Program-made: the position numbers and the translations under genes | Shown: in pieces, positions 38,788-51,639 of the stretch | Position numbering within the stretch: position 1 is the stretch's first letter | Layout of the letters: each line of letters opens with the position of its first letter | Notes under the pieces: model-generated | What the model saw: the letters and a program-made list of their open reading frames with translations, nothing else | The model's database searches: none | Told to the model about the DNA's origin: nothing | Origin: Phoronis australis | Lineage: Eukaryota; Animalia; Phoronida | Length of the DNA: 64,000 nucleotides | NCBI GenBank assembly: GCA_002633005.1 | Contig: NMRA01000530.1 | Location: forward strand, 51,706 to 115,705 | Reading direction: 5' to 3'

Positions 38788-41700
38788 ATAGCAGTTGAGC
38801 ATTTTATACTTCATGGGCATTTAAAAACTTCCAGTTTAGCTTGAAAAATTGTTTTCAATAACACATATTGAACGATGCAAAGGACAAATAAACGTCTTGA
38901 TCATACCTGATGAGTCGACAGTCTTGTGTTAAACCTGCGTACACTCTGTAGGGATCAAGGGATCAACCACTGTGAACGCACTCCAGAAACTACAGGTTTA
39001 TGGAACACCCTCAACTGGTGACGATTCAGTAGGACGCGTCCGTGATTCAGTTTTGTTTGCATTTGGTGATTCGCAATGCTCGCGCCGAAAGTGTCAAGTT
39101 AACGTTCATTTAACGTTTAACCAATAAGATAATGTGTTTTGGTCACATCGTCGTTTAAGTCCGATTCGACAGGAGCAGACTTGACATCTGACATGATCTT
39201 GAATTGACCAATAAGGGATCATTTCCGTCAATGGACTGCCAGGTGCTTCTTCAAAATTACTGGCACGTGCAGCCCAACTCGCGGATTGATCGTCAATTGA
39301 ATCGTTACAAGGTGACGAACGCGTACTTACAAGATAAAGCTATTAGTACCCAACAGTTCTTTGGTATCGACTTTTTTTTCACCAGGGGGAATTTCAGAGG
39401 TTGTGTATAACCAGGGCTGTGTTAATGGGATACTTTCAAATAGTAACTTTGCAACTGGTCACGTGGGACCGGATACTGCTAGGTGCCGATATGATCAGCC
39501 CCATTGCTTCCTGAAAGACTCCCATCAGGTTATTTACACGTTTGACGGGATCGCGCAAGATACCGTACCGATAAGAGCAAAATTTCATTAGGGTTTCGCG
39601 GTTAAGCATAAGACCAAGGGGTGCAGTACTCGACATTATTTTTACGGGAGGTGCAACACCAAGATATGGATACCCGGACCCACCCATATAGTGTATATAG
39701 GGAGTTTCGATGAAAATGCCACACTTTCTTAAAATTTTGTTTCTGAGATGAAGGCATGAGCGAACCAAATATTAGAACCTACAATTTTGTAATACGCAAC
39801 GTTTAGGACTTGTCCATTATGAATGATATGGTGTATTCTTCACCGCCGGTGTCACGTGACAGCCGGCTTGGGAGAAACCTCCGTCGCGGCTCGGTCGGTT
39901 CCAGATATGAGTCCACCAAACCTATTTAGATATAAATTTTTGATGCTTTTAATCATGAATCTCCTTCCTCACTCCTTTCCTGAATTAATCACTTTTCTCT
40001 ATCCATTTTTTTGTCATTGGGACACGTGTTTTATCAAGACTTGTGATTTTTTTACTTAATTGGCATAACGGTAAGTTTAAAATTTGTTTTTGCATCAGCG
40101 AACTTGATGGCGAAATCGAAAAATTCGAGGCCTAGCTGCTACGGTGACCCTGGGTGAAATTTGCATTCCAGATGAGTAACCAGCTGTCTGGTGGATGGCA
40201 ACTCATAGGAAAACTGTAAACTTTTCCACACAATTCGAAAGGATTTAGAGACACCTGTCAGCTGGTGAATGATTATTGAAGAAAATTTGCGTGTTTCGTG
40301 AACTTTTTTAAGCACTGAAAAAAACTTCAATATCAGTATACTTGGAACCCCTGTCCATTAACTTTAGCTGAGCCAGTGGTGAAAATTATATATGAAAATG
40401 AGTGTTAACAAGCATGCCGTAGAATCCATAATGTTGTGCGTTCTTTGAGAAAAAAGAGGAAATTCGTGGATATTGATGTCGATAACCATTTCTGAAGAAT
40501 CGACGTTAGAGTATAGTCAGACTCTACAAAAGGCTTGAGGCGAAGGTTGTTAACTTCGCCATAGCCGGGTTGAGTTAAACATGCAAATTTTAAGGCCGGA
40601 TGTTTGCCAGCTATTCTTGGAGCACTGCCGGAAAATTACATTCCTTCGCGGAACGTGAAACGGTTTCCCAGCGCGATACAACTGTTTTAGAAAGCGCACA
40701 GTCATAAACACTCAAGGAAACCATAATCATTTCAACACAAGCCTATCGGCCCTCGCGTCTCGATGTCAAAATGACGAGACCACCAGCTTTTAATTCACCG
40801 ATTTACCGGTAGGGACACAAAGACTACGTTTACCAATGTTACGATTCCAAAAACGGATGTTTAAAGGTTTAAAGTGTTCCTTCAATTGCGACGCAAAAAA
40901 AAAAGTTTCCATTCGAAAGCAAACCTTAACAATGGAAAGGGATAACGAAATGGGTTTAACGCGTAGTAATCCAAATTAATTAATTGATAATTTTGGGATT
41001 AGCTAACAGTCACAGAATAGTAAACCTCTTTATGGATATTTCATTTAAATCTACACTTCTGTCAGATTAGTACCGCCAATACAATGCGTGGTATATGTGA
41101 AAACACCTACATGATAGGCGTAAGCTGTTAGGCCTTATTATCTAGCCAGGCTCAGAGGAAGGCGCTATGAGGAAATGAGTTTTATTAGAACTTCAGTTGA
41201 AGACCGAGAATATTTAAATTTGTAACAAGTGTCACCTGATGACTTCTTAGAGAACTGTGCATACAAGTTTTCAGGAAGAGAAACAACTTGTTAGTAAATT
41301 GCAGTTTTAAAGAAAATACCACAACTGATGCACTTAAACACAAGAATAAACATACGAAAAACCCAAGGAAGTCCAAATTTTACGCAACCGTTATTTTATG
41401 GTACCTTGTTTCATTGGGGTAACGGTGAAATATTACCATACTCATTTGCATAAAAATAGTCTCGCAAAACGAGACTTTCACGAAATTGTAACTCTGGTCG
41501 TTTGTGGCACACTGGGTAACCCGGTTTATTTGTAAATTACTTCATATTCACAATTTCATGTGGCTATGTATCGATAACAATTCCAGCCCCGGCGGCGGAC
41601 CAATTGTTTAAGAGGCCACTCTTTTGCAAGTCTAAGTAAGTTAGGTCTTGAGCTTACTAGCAAAATATTCGCCTTTCCTGCACTGATTTTGCGTGTTATT

Positions 41701-44258
41701 AGGTAATCCCACTTAGCGCGAAGCAAGTTGGTCCATCAAACACGTCCATGTGTCCATGTTCTACCGAAGCGACGTTCCGTAGACGCGGCAACCCCGCGAA
41801 CAAGCAATATCACGAAAAAGCTAGTAAACGTACAAGGGTAAAAGGCGAGTTTATGGCAAGTATGCTCGACACTACAGAGGTTCAACCTGGGAATAATAGT
41901 CCTATGTGTAACCGAGAACAATGGCGCACATTGTCTTTATTAGAACTGTGGGATAGAAATCGCTGTTTTTATTGGCAAGCGACGAATCTTGACGCTAGTG
42001 CATAGATAATGTCGCTGATCTTGAGACCAGAGTCCTCAAAGCTCCAGTCCACTTCATGTGACGGCTACGCAGGAAGACAACACTTGCCAGCAACGACTGT
42101 GGCGCACTGTTAGAAAATTTCAGCTAATTATCAAGGGATGTACTTGCAATTATTCAACCTATGGGTTAAAAGTAGGCGTTACGCTATGGTGGCTTTAATT
42201 TGTTTACAAGTTCTCTCGTCTCAAGTGTTTTGTTCGTTTGTCAAATCAATAACTGAAGAAAATATCCACGTAGGAATTACTTATCTTGAAGGAGCCAGCA
42301 AATACTTAACAAGTATTAGTTGTTGATTTTTCAGGAATGGAAATTTCTTAAAACTGCTCGTCTTTCTGTCCCGCTGTACAAAAATCCAGAATCCTTACGA
42401 AATGTATAAATAGATTATTCGCTGGTGCAAGATCAGTCTCGCAGATTGCTGAATTAATAGAAATATTTTGTTATGGCTTCCAGGAAAGATATACAGAGCA
42501 TTAGAAAAGTAAAAAAATATGGGACAGGCCAACTTTCCGAACATTTGGAAGCTTAATCTAAGTGGGAAATCATCTGACAACATAAGCTGATCGTTGAAAC
42601 AGTTGCCATTTGGTAAGAAAAGTTTCTTGTATAGATTGATAAGCTAAAACACGAAGACAGTTTGGGTCTATCTCCAAATTCGACTCAAGAAAATATTACA
42701 CTGTAAGGTAGTATAGTAATATGACATTATAGGGGTCTCATTTTTCCGTCACACCTGACGTTCTATTTGCTGATTTTGATCTCGGTCACGATAAGAATAA
42801 TTATAGGCCTACTTCATGTGAAGCGCAAACAATATTGACTGAGGGTCCCAGAAGAGGATTCTCGATCAAACAAGATATTCTTTGATGCTCACATGGCATC
42901 TAGCGCTTTTACAGACGAAAAACGTACACCAAACGATTATCTGCGACATTGCCAGCTCGTCGAGTGGGCTGTCCCTTATAATTCTAATCTTCGAACCTCT
43001 GGAACTCAGAATCTCAGATATCTTAAAAATTTTCACTGAATTGATGTAGTTACGGGGAGGCAGCGGCACAAAGGAGCCGGGAAGTTGGCAAAGCAATGAT
43101 GACGGAACGGGAGGGGAGGGGGGGGGGGCGCAACATCGGTTACTGGCGACGGGGACATTAAGAGAACCGTTTCATGTATCTCGGGCGCGATAATCCTGGC
43201 CCCGTCACTGAGAATAGGTTATGGTCTACGCTTGACAAGCAAACCAAATGGTATTGGAAAAGGTTTTTAAAATTTTGGAAGCAGTCAAAGTAGACTCTCT
43301 TAGTTTTCTTTTTAGGGATTGGAGGCTCGGACCACAAATACATTTATGGAACATACATGTACTTTAAACGTGTTTCAATAGACTGAGCTTTTCATCTACG
43401 GGAAAGACATATTCCATGATGAACCGTCGTTGCCATTAGCAAACAATGACATTGGTTCACACATGGTACCCACAACACTTTAGTAAAAGAACTTACGTAG
43501 TCTTGTTCTCCATTATGTGGCTCAAGGTCCGTTTCAATAAGCTGTTTCACTTGTTTCAACTTCTAACTTTCATACTTCCTCATCCCGTACGTTAGTCCGA
43601 CTTAAAACCAACTTTAAGCCAAAACCTTAAGCCAAACATAAGATCACTTTTGTGGAACAGAATCCGGACAAATTGAATTTTATCTTAAATTTGACACAGA
43701 TTTGTCTCTGCTAAATCTGTTTTCTTGGAACAGGCCCCAGGATGCCCGAAACGACAACTTACACTAGTTTACATCACATTCCCGGAAATATGCGACCTTA
43801 TGCTTTACAGAAGTAACCAAATGTTCAATAGCTGCCACGATGAACCTGGCTCACAGCACCCGCAAAATATAGTAAAAGAATAATTCTCGTTAGATATGAT
43901 CTAATTCAATTTGACTCACTTGCTAAATCCACATTCCTAAAAGCACGTGACCATAAGCTTCACAAATATCTTCTTATTTAATTACGCTCTACGTGAATCT
44001 ACTTTAAACGAGTAGACTTATCGACAAACTGGTCAGAAACAACAGCGAAAGTGTCCAAGCCTTGGCAATTGTGATTAATTGATCAGATCCATATGGGACG
44101 TATTTGTTATGCAATATTTGTTGATCGAGTTTTGTGATATTACTTGCACAGCCGTGTCATTACTGAGCCAATTTTACCCGTAGCCTATGTCATAGAGGAA
44201 AACAAAATGCGAAGGATTACGCTTGGAGCTTGCAATACTACCACTGGGGCAAACTAAT

Positions 44259-44412
44259 AGACCTTTGAGTCAGGTTTCAAGCTCCTCAGCTCGGTTTTAA
44301 CTATTTGTAAATAAATCACAAAAATGGTTCCAGGCGATCACTGCAGTGGGCCCACCTGACTGGCCTACGCGCACGTCTTGTATAACGGACCAGATCGCCT
44401 GCAATTATTATC
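44259..44412 (+). mobile_element. SINE family A, 5'-truncated copy in the opposite orientation
   Basis: Reverse complement of 29678-29830 (CTCCTCAGCTCGGTTTTAAC...GCCTGCAATTATT). Confidence 0.72.
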
Positions 44413-45709
44413 AAAAAATAATAAAAACGAACAAACAAGCCCATCACATACAACCACTGGTGCATTACATAAAGCAAATTTCTATCGATTAAAGCGATCA
44501 CACACGACCATGCAAGGGCACCCGAGCGAAAGGGGAGTAATTTTCTCTCTCTCAGCTCGCGTAGTACACTTTCATCAAAATGGCCGTAAATGTCTTGCTA
44601 GTGTCTTGCTTTACGGAACGCACTCCTGGATCAAAGCCATTTACAGTTTACATGGGATCTATGTAAGTGACTATTGTCCAATCCTGAATAGAAACTCAGT
44701 CCATCCTTTGGTTAAATTGGTAATCTCTTCGAGTGGTAGGAACTTGCACAAAAACAAAAGAACACAAGAAAAAATCGGAGATTAGGAAAAATGTCATACA
44801 TGTATAATCTAGTCGAGTTGATAATTTTCGCATCCACTGCCTTGTAGGCAATCAAAACTCGTCGCCGTGGGTTATTGCAAATGATTTACATTAAGCCAAC
44901 CTTGACTTCTGAAAGCACACGTACATTCCTCAAACAAAATGGATTCCATACCTTCATACATGTATTGTAACTAAATTGAAATTTTCTTAAAATATTGCAC
45001 AGTTGCGTAATGATTTATCGCTGTAGAGTGAAAACGTATTTGTCGAGAAAATAGAGAAAATGGGAAACGTTAAAGAGACATACATGACGCTCGGAAAGAA
45101 AAGTAAAAACTAGAAGTAGCTCAGAATCAGAACATGTTCAGCATGCACCTTCATTATTTTGAGTCCATGTACCTTTCGTAATCCGACGATGAGAAATGTT
45201 CGCAACACATACGGTTACAGTTTTGCATCGCTTTATCCGTGGCGTGAACCTGAAATAGGCCCAGTACATTCTTGACACGAGTGAGCTAACCTCAACGCAT
45301 CTTGTCATACACAGGAAATCGATGAAACAGAACATGTATACTCTTCAAGATCCCACATTTACATGCCGATATGCGTACTACACAAAGGCTAATAATGGTC
45401 TACAAGTGTTGTACAGAATGACACTTCGGATGTCAAACACTGTCGGGAATGCAAGCCGGCTGGGCCGGTGAATGATTCGGACCGCGAACGTCGCTTGCAG
45501 AGGGACGCATGCGTGATTAATTACAACCTGGTAATTTAACTCTAAAATAAAAAAAAAACGATTCTGAAAACAATCGCATTTCTCCCTCCCACCTTCTTTC
45601 CCTCCCTCCCTTCCTCTCCCCTGCCTCCCTGCGTCTTTTGCTCCCTCCCTACTCTCTCTCGTAATCAACACTGCTTTACTAATAACGATCTTTAACATAT
45701 ACATGTGTA

Positions 45710-46240
45710 CGATTCTTGGAATTCTTCAGGACACCGACTCGATAGTTTTATCGGACCAATGTTTAGACAAATCTCACAGCTAAAATTAAAGGATACTTTA
45801 GAGACCGTTTGGATGACGACCCGCCATCTTGCTCACTCTGTTTGTGGCAACCAGATAGCATACGTGGTGAGCTGCAAGGATGCAGAGGACTCAGTAATTG
45901 TCGGTAGATTCTTAGAACCCCCCATATCCGTGTTGAGGCTTGAGCCGTGTACAGCGATCTCTATTGTTTCTCTTACCATACCCTTGTACCAGTTGTCTAA
46001 AATTTTCACCTCTACCCAGCCGAAGCGGCCCAACTCCCAAGTGTGTTTCACCACGGACAGGTATGGGTTGACACTATACTTGGCCTTCTTGGATAGGCGT
46101 GCCATGACGGCTCCATGTTCAACATGGATGGTGGGAAGTTGCAACTTCCAAGAATCTGCCAGCAACTGCTAGGTCCCTGCATCCCTGTACACGCTTCCTC
46201 AGGAACGCGCCAAACACGCCACCTGGTTTTTGACAAACAA
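45710..46240 (-). mobile_element. Penelope-like retroelement 3' relic (GIY-YIG endonuclease plus terminal-repeat region)
   Basis: ORF 45833-46165 contains EH...SVVKHTWE...WVEVKILD-NWYKGMVRETIEI...LNTDMG, the C-terminal pattern of PLE GIY-YIG domains. A hammerhead-like fold follows. Confidence 0.75.
45800..45839 (-). ncRNA. Degenerate minimal type I hammerhead ribozyme
   Basis: Minus strand AGA-GUGAGCA-A-GAUGGCG-ggu-CGUCAUC-CAAA-CG-GUC-UCU: 7-bp stem II, 3-bp stem I, GUC site; core altered. The position is typical of PLE hammerheads. Confidence 0.5.
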
Positions 46241-48301
46241 AGTTAGCAAGATTATAGCTGAGAGTATAGTCTAAACCTTTTTCCTATGTCATTCATAGTC
46301 GATATTTTTGTTGTTATGAAACATCGACGATATTGTCTTTGTGTAACTCGAAATTGGTGTTTTCTTTAAGTTTTTCAAACTTTTTTGATGATCGGTCAAT
46401 ACTATCATTTTTCAGTAGTCTCATATTTCTGGTTATTTGGGCCGGATGTCTTGATGTTGCTGTGCTTCACATGAGCATGTACTGAGGTTTCCTCAGTCAG
46501 TTTGAAAATCTTTTTCACTCGTGATCTTATTGACAGCGCAGTATTTATGGGGGTGGGGCAAGATGGTAACTGCCTCATCCCCTGTCAAAAGAGTACTCCA
46601 TCTAAAAAGGGGCCCATAATATAAATAGGTACATCATATAACTACTGAGAAAGAAACAATTTATATTGTCATCATCCAGCAGGTGACTTTCCTTAACACA
46701 AATGTTGTGCTATTTCACAAAAACATGAAAGAGTTTCATTGATTCCGTCGTGAGGGCTCATCTGCAAACACAGGAAACAGGAAGCTATGAACACATGTGT
46801 CATGAACAGGCCTCTCAAAGGACTGGGGACACTAAACATGAAACGACACGTCATATCAAAAGAACAGGCATTGAGCAGCAATTGATCCCATCATTAGAAA
46901 CTCTCTCCGTCCGGTTCCAAATTTATGTCAAATGTTATGTAATTTAAAAACAGAGTTCTGTAACAAATGCCTCCTTTACTCCATGTCAAAGCAGCTTCCA
47001 TGGGAAAACACAATGCAGCATTCTTTAAAAATTGTGAGTATTTTTGTATTTGGAAACATGAAACACTGAATTTGCTCTGAAAAGTTAATTCTTCGAAGTA
47101 TGTATGATAAACACCAGCTTTTTCAAGTATGTTAAAACGACCAATCCTGAAAAACGTGGGGTCACCCTAACAATGTCATGGCAAGGTTGCCAACGGGTGA
47201 ATCGCGCACTGATAGGTCGTGTTTCTTGTGAACAAAATGAGAAACTCGGGCAAAAAATGCAATATCAATTATAGGCTGATCACGTGCAGTTGTCTTGGAC
47301 CATACCAAGAACTGAGTCATAAAGTGACTACTCATTATATTAGTGAACTGACTTCCGTTATTTTGACGTTATCTTGAGGACGAGTGTGCCATTCAAACGA
47401 AATGCTGAACACGGATATTTTTCCATTCGCTCGTAAGAGTTGGCTAAAGATTAACATTAACGAGTGAGATTTGTTATAGAAACAAGGCATGGTCAAACAA
47501 GCATTTACGATGATAAAAATTATGTCATACTATTTTATACCTTAATGAGTTCTTCTTGCCTATAAACGATAATTATTATTATACATGGTGCATTGTTAAA
47601 ACATTGCTCTCATGTTCTTTTGATTTGCGCAATTTGAACGATAAAGCACCGCTTTTTGGCCGCTTTGAAACCCTATACATGTTGTAATTACTCTTAAAAT
47701 TTACCGGTTTCTGGTGATTTGACAATTAATAAATCAATGATCGATCGCGTGAAACTGTGAAGAATAGTTATCAGAATATAGTTGCTTGAGCTGCTATAGG
47801 CTCATCTTAGGCAAACAAGACACATTTTTTATTTGGTTCACTTTACTTATTGCTATGAACTTAAGTAGTCTCAGCTAGGTCCTTACTCAGATGAGATGTG
47901 ATTTGGGCTTGCAAAGACCTGACACTTCATTATGCTTGATACCGTGCAAAACTACGCTCCGTGACAAGCCCAAACATGGTGTCAGGCAGACACAATTTTA
48001 TAAGTATGAGAATCAAATCTAATTTGACGAAAGCACAATTTGAGGCCAAGGGAACGTAGCCTAAATTACTGTTTTTTCTTGTGACTTACGGCCGCTTTAG
48101 AGTCGCTTTAAGTCGGCCTCAGCTTGTCTCTTGCTCAGATTAAAATTGATTAATGGAATTGGAGAAAATGTTTGAGCTCATGGTCGCTATTAAAGAAATT
48201 CGACATGACAAACAAATTGCAATGGTTTATCTCAAGCAATAACGAACTTAGTTTTTCAAATCAACAAATCGCAGCTAATTTGACGGAATACCTAGTCGCA
48301 T

Positions 48302-49472
48302 CAGGCCCGTAGGAAGGCAAAAATTATTGGAGGGGGGGGGGGGNNNNNNNNNNNNNNNNNNNNNNNNNNNNNNNNNNNNNNNNNNNNNNNNNNNNNNNNN
48401 NNNNNNNNNNNNNNNNNNNNNNNNNNNNNNNNNNNNNNNNNNNNNNNNNNNNNNNNNNNNNNNNNNNNNNNNNNNNNNNNNNNNNNNNNNNNNNNNNNNN
48501 NNNNNNNNNNNNNNNNNNNNNNNNNNNNNNNNNNNNNNNNNNNNNNNNNNNNNNNNNNNNNNNNNNNNNNNNNNNNNNNNNNNNNNNNNNNNNNNNNNNN
48601 NNNNNNNNNNNNNNNTTGGGGGGGGGGGGGGGGGCTCAAATCCAATTTCAAGTGTCAAATTCTGAACACGGCGCATTCGTAACGGAACTATGGCTAATAT
48701 AGGCTCTCCCGCTAAATCCCAGGCGACCGGCAGTGGCGCTGCGCACTACGACTCCTTTTCCGTCGTCTGCTACACTGTGCAATGAAGATCATTTACTCCA
48801 TTTTTTAAAGAAAATGGAACCTGAGAGACGATGAAAAAACAGAAGTTGCTGGTAAGATGTGAATTTTAATCGAAGCCTTAGTGAATCACTCAGAAACTCG
48901 CAATACTCTCTTTGTCAAACCTTATCTTAGGGACGATTTCCAAAGCAATCCCGTCATTACTGCCAACACGAAAAAACGATTTGGTCTTTTGGGCATTTGA
49001 AGACTATTTTAAATACGAGAAATTTGTTAAGAATTGGTGGCAAAAATATAAAACGTGTAATAAGCATTACAAAAAGAAGTAGGTTTTGCGCGCAAACGCT
49101 GTGGACCATAAACAAGTAGGTCTCTTAGCATGTCATTAGTATTTAATTCGAGGTGGTGTAGTGGTAATGAACGCGCGCTCTAACAGTCAGGTCGTGATTT
49201 CGAATCTTTGGAACTTGCAGTTTTTCCTGTTTGACACGTTCTCCGTTTTTTTTTTCCTTTTTTTCTTGAATAATACTTCAGGAATCAAGGAAAATGCTTG
49301 ATTCTTAGAGGTAAAAACAGAAAAATTTCCTGGGCGGGAGGGGGGCAAACCCCCCTCCCGACCTCCCCCCATTCGGTGCTATGCGCATCTACAATTGTGG
49401 TTCACTTTGCGCAAATGCTTGCAGCCGGACAAAATGTTGCCCCCCCCTTATGATATCCTAGATCCGCCACTG
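48302..49472. mobile_element. Non-autonomous hAT-related segment(s) spanning an assembly gap
   Basis: Starts with a near-identical copy of the 62952 terminus and ends with a different hAT-MITE terminus (CTAGATCCGCCACTG). Probably composite. Confidence 0.55.
48344..48615. other. Assembly gap (N run) flanked by poly-G
   Basis: 272 Ns seen directly. The three X-rich ORFs here are artefacts. Confidence 0.99.
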
Positions 49473-49969
49473 AAACTGACCGGTAGCGAAGAGCTGCCTC
49501 AAGTAGCTATAGCTGAGATCTAACAGTGTGAAAATACGAAATTCCCGATGAACTAAAGCTAGTAGTTACTGGTCAGCTCAGCTGTTATTCACTTGAGACA
49601 GGCAGCTCGTACTGCCGTCTTCACTGGCTCTAAGGTCAAGATTCGTTTTATTGTGATACAGTCTCGGGAAAACTTTAATTTACGCTGGTCATTCTTTGAA
49701 GGAGTTTTTTAAAAAGGTGAGGTACCGAGGTCCCTGGTGCAGTGCTTTTGGGGCTGTTTTAAAATCTGTCGTTGAAACACGACCGGCAGTCCAGTTTGTG
49801 GTGGTTGGGGAAATGATACAAAGTGTTTCCCAAATGTACACACTTCAACGGTTGACGTTCAGTTCCCGTGGATCCCGGAGATTCTGCGCGGACCTACTGC
49901 ACGGTTATATCTTATTTTTAACGTAGGTGCGTCAGACAAGACGTGCACGGGAATCAGGCAAGCAAACTA

Positions 49970-50162
49970 CATGGGCGGCGCACCATAGGGGGCTGGGGGG
50001 CTATAGTCCCCCATTTTTTTCAGTGCTACGCCGAACGTGGTCTATAGGCGGTGCATCACAGGGGGCTGAGAGGGCTTTAGCCCCCCAATTTTTCAGTGCT
50101 ACGCCCAGTGAGCTATATATATATATCTAGTTATATTTATCTTATTGGCTGCGCCGCCCATG
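49970..50162. mobile_element. hAT-type MITE with a perfect 13-bp TIR and 5-bp TSD
   Basis: CATGGGCGGCGCA / TGCGCCGCCCATG, with AACTA on both flanks and an internal ~70-bp direct duplication. Confidence 0.88.
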
Positions 50163-50849
50163 AACTATTCAGGTTTGAAGAACAAAAATCCACTGCTCAA
50201 TACTACGAGAAAAAAAATACCAAGGAAGTACAAAGACAACCTATCCAAGCAATGAGTTGAATTTTATTTATTTAGGGACTTTTAAAACTTTTTTCGATTT
50301 ACGTTTGTGAGTCTGGATTTCATCAATGTCTTTAAGAGATATTTAAGATAGGTAAAAATTTCTAAGTTTACTTTTACTATCTATTTGGGGATCGGATTAC
50401 AGATTTTTTTCCAACTTCAGTATGTAATTAAATATCTTCATTTCTTTAAAAGATTAGCTTCTAATTATCAAACATCATCTATGAATCTATCGATTTTCGT
50501 AGTTACATAAACAAGTAAAATAGAAACCAACGAATTTGTTTATCAAAATGAAATGTTATAAGCAATTTCTGCAGGCATGCTCGCAGATTTTTGACGGGTA
50601 ACCGGAGGAACATGGGAGATGGGGCATTCGTATTAAGGTGTAGTTTTGCTCATTTCAGAGGTACATCTACCTATAACGGATCACGAGGTAAATTTGAACT
50701 CCACCGACAAAAAACGCTGAAATCATTGTTTATGATTGCGAGAGTTCTTTGAGTACCCCCTTTGGACATGAACGCGGTCATCAGAAATAGTAGCATAGAC
50801 AGAAGTGTTTTCCACATGTGGAAATTCCTTACAAATAAACCATAGTAAG

Positions 50850-51124
50850 CATGCATGCACCCACGGGGACTCGGAAGACGGGGGACTCGTGCGAGACCCC
50901 CATTTGGCGAAGAGGGCAAAAGGTCCGTCTCGGAGAAACAAAAATTCCGAAAAAAACGAAACAAAAGTCCACTAAAAAGACAAAAGGCATGAATTCGGCG
51001 GAAATGCTCGATTCATAGTTCTGATCGCAGTACCCCGTTTTTTTCTCTGTCCCGATTGTTTTTAGAAAAGGTCCACATTCTCAAAAATTCGAGCCCCCTA
51101 TATTTTAGGCTGGATGCGTGCATG
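50850..51124. mobile_element. MITE, CATGCGCGCACCCA family (partial copies at ~4600-4660, ~14045-14186, ~28240-28420)
   Basis: TIR CATGCATGCACCCA / TGGATGCGTGCATG, flanks GTAAG/GTAAC. The internal AGTCCACTAAAAAG is shared with the 14045 and 28240 copies and TATTTTAGGCTGG with the 14045 copy. Confidence 0.8.
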
Positions 51125-51639
51125 GTAACCATCTTTAAAAGAGATGCTATTCTTGTGAAACTATGGGAAACAGTAACATTATTTTATAACTAACCATCGG
51201 AAATAGTCCTTTTGTGTAATTCACAAATAGTGGTCTTCACGTTCTTTAAAATTCCACCCTTTCCATGGCGGTCAATCGTATTGTATTTATTGTATTTATT
51301 GTATTTTGTTCACACTTTTTGGTTGTTTGGGTCGAATGTCTTGATACTGCTGTGCTGGGCACGAATGTTTAGTATTTTTTGATGAATTTGGAATCTCAAA
51401 TCCCGTCGTGAATACTTGGCAGTGTCGGATTTACATGTATAGAGGGAATTGGAATGTGTCAATAAAAACACAAAAGGGTGGCCACTTGTATATCATAAAT
51501 GCCCTCCTTCAAGGACCCCTAAATATGAAAATATCTACGTTATTTCGAAAATCAGGAAATGCGCAGCAATTGGTGTTATCTGTCAGGTTATCAATTTTTC
51601 TCAAGTGATATGTAGTTTCGACAAAAAATAAAGCTAATG

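Noticed and set aside
48275-48676. ORFs spanning the N gap, and most other 60-150 aa track ORFs
   Set aside because: Gap artefacts, antisense shadows of exons, or repeat-derived frames with no recognisable domain.
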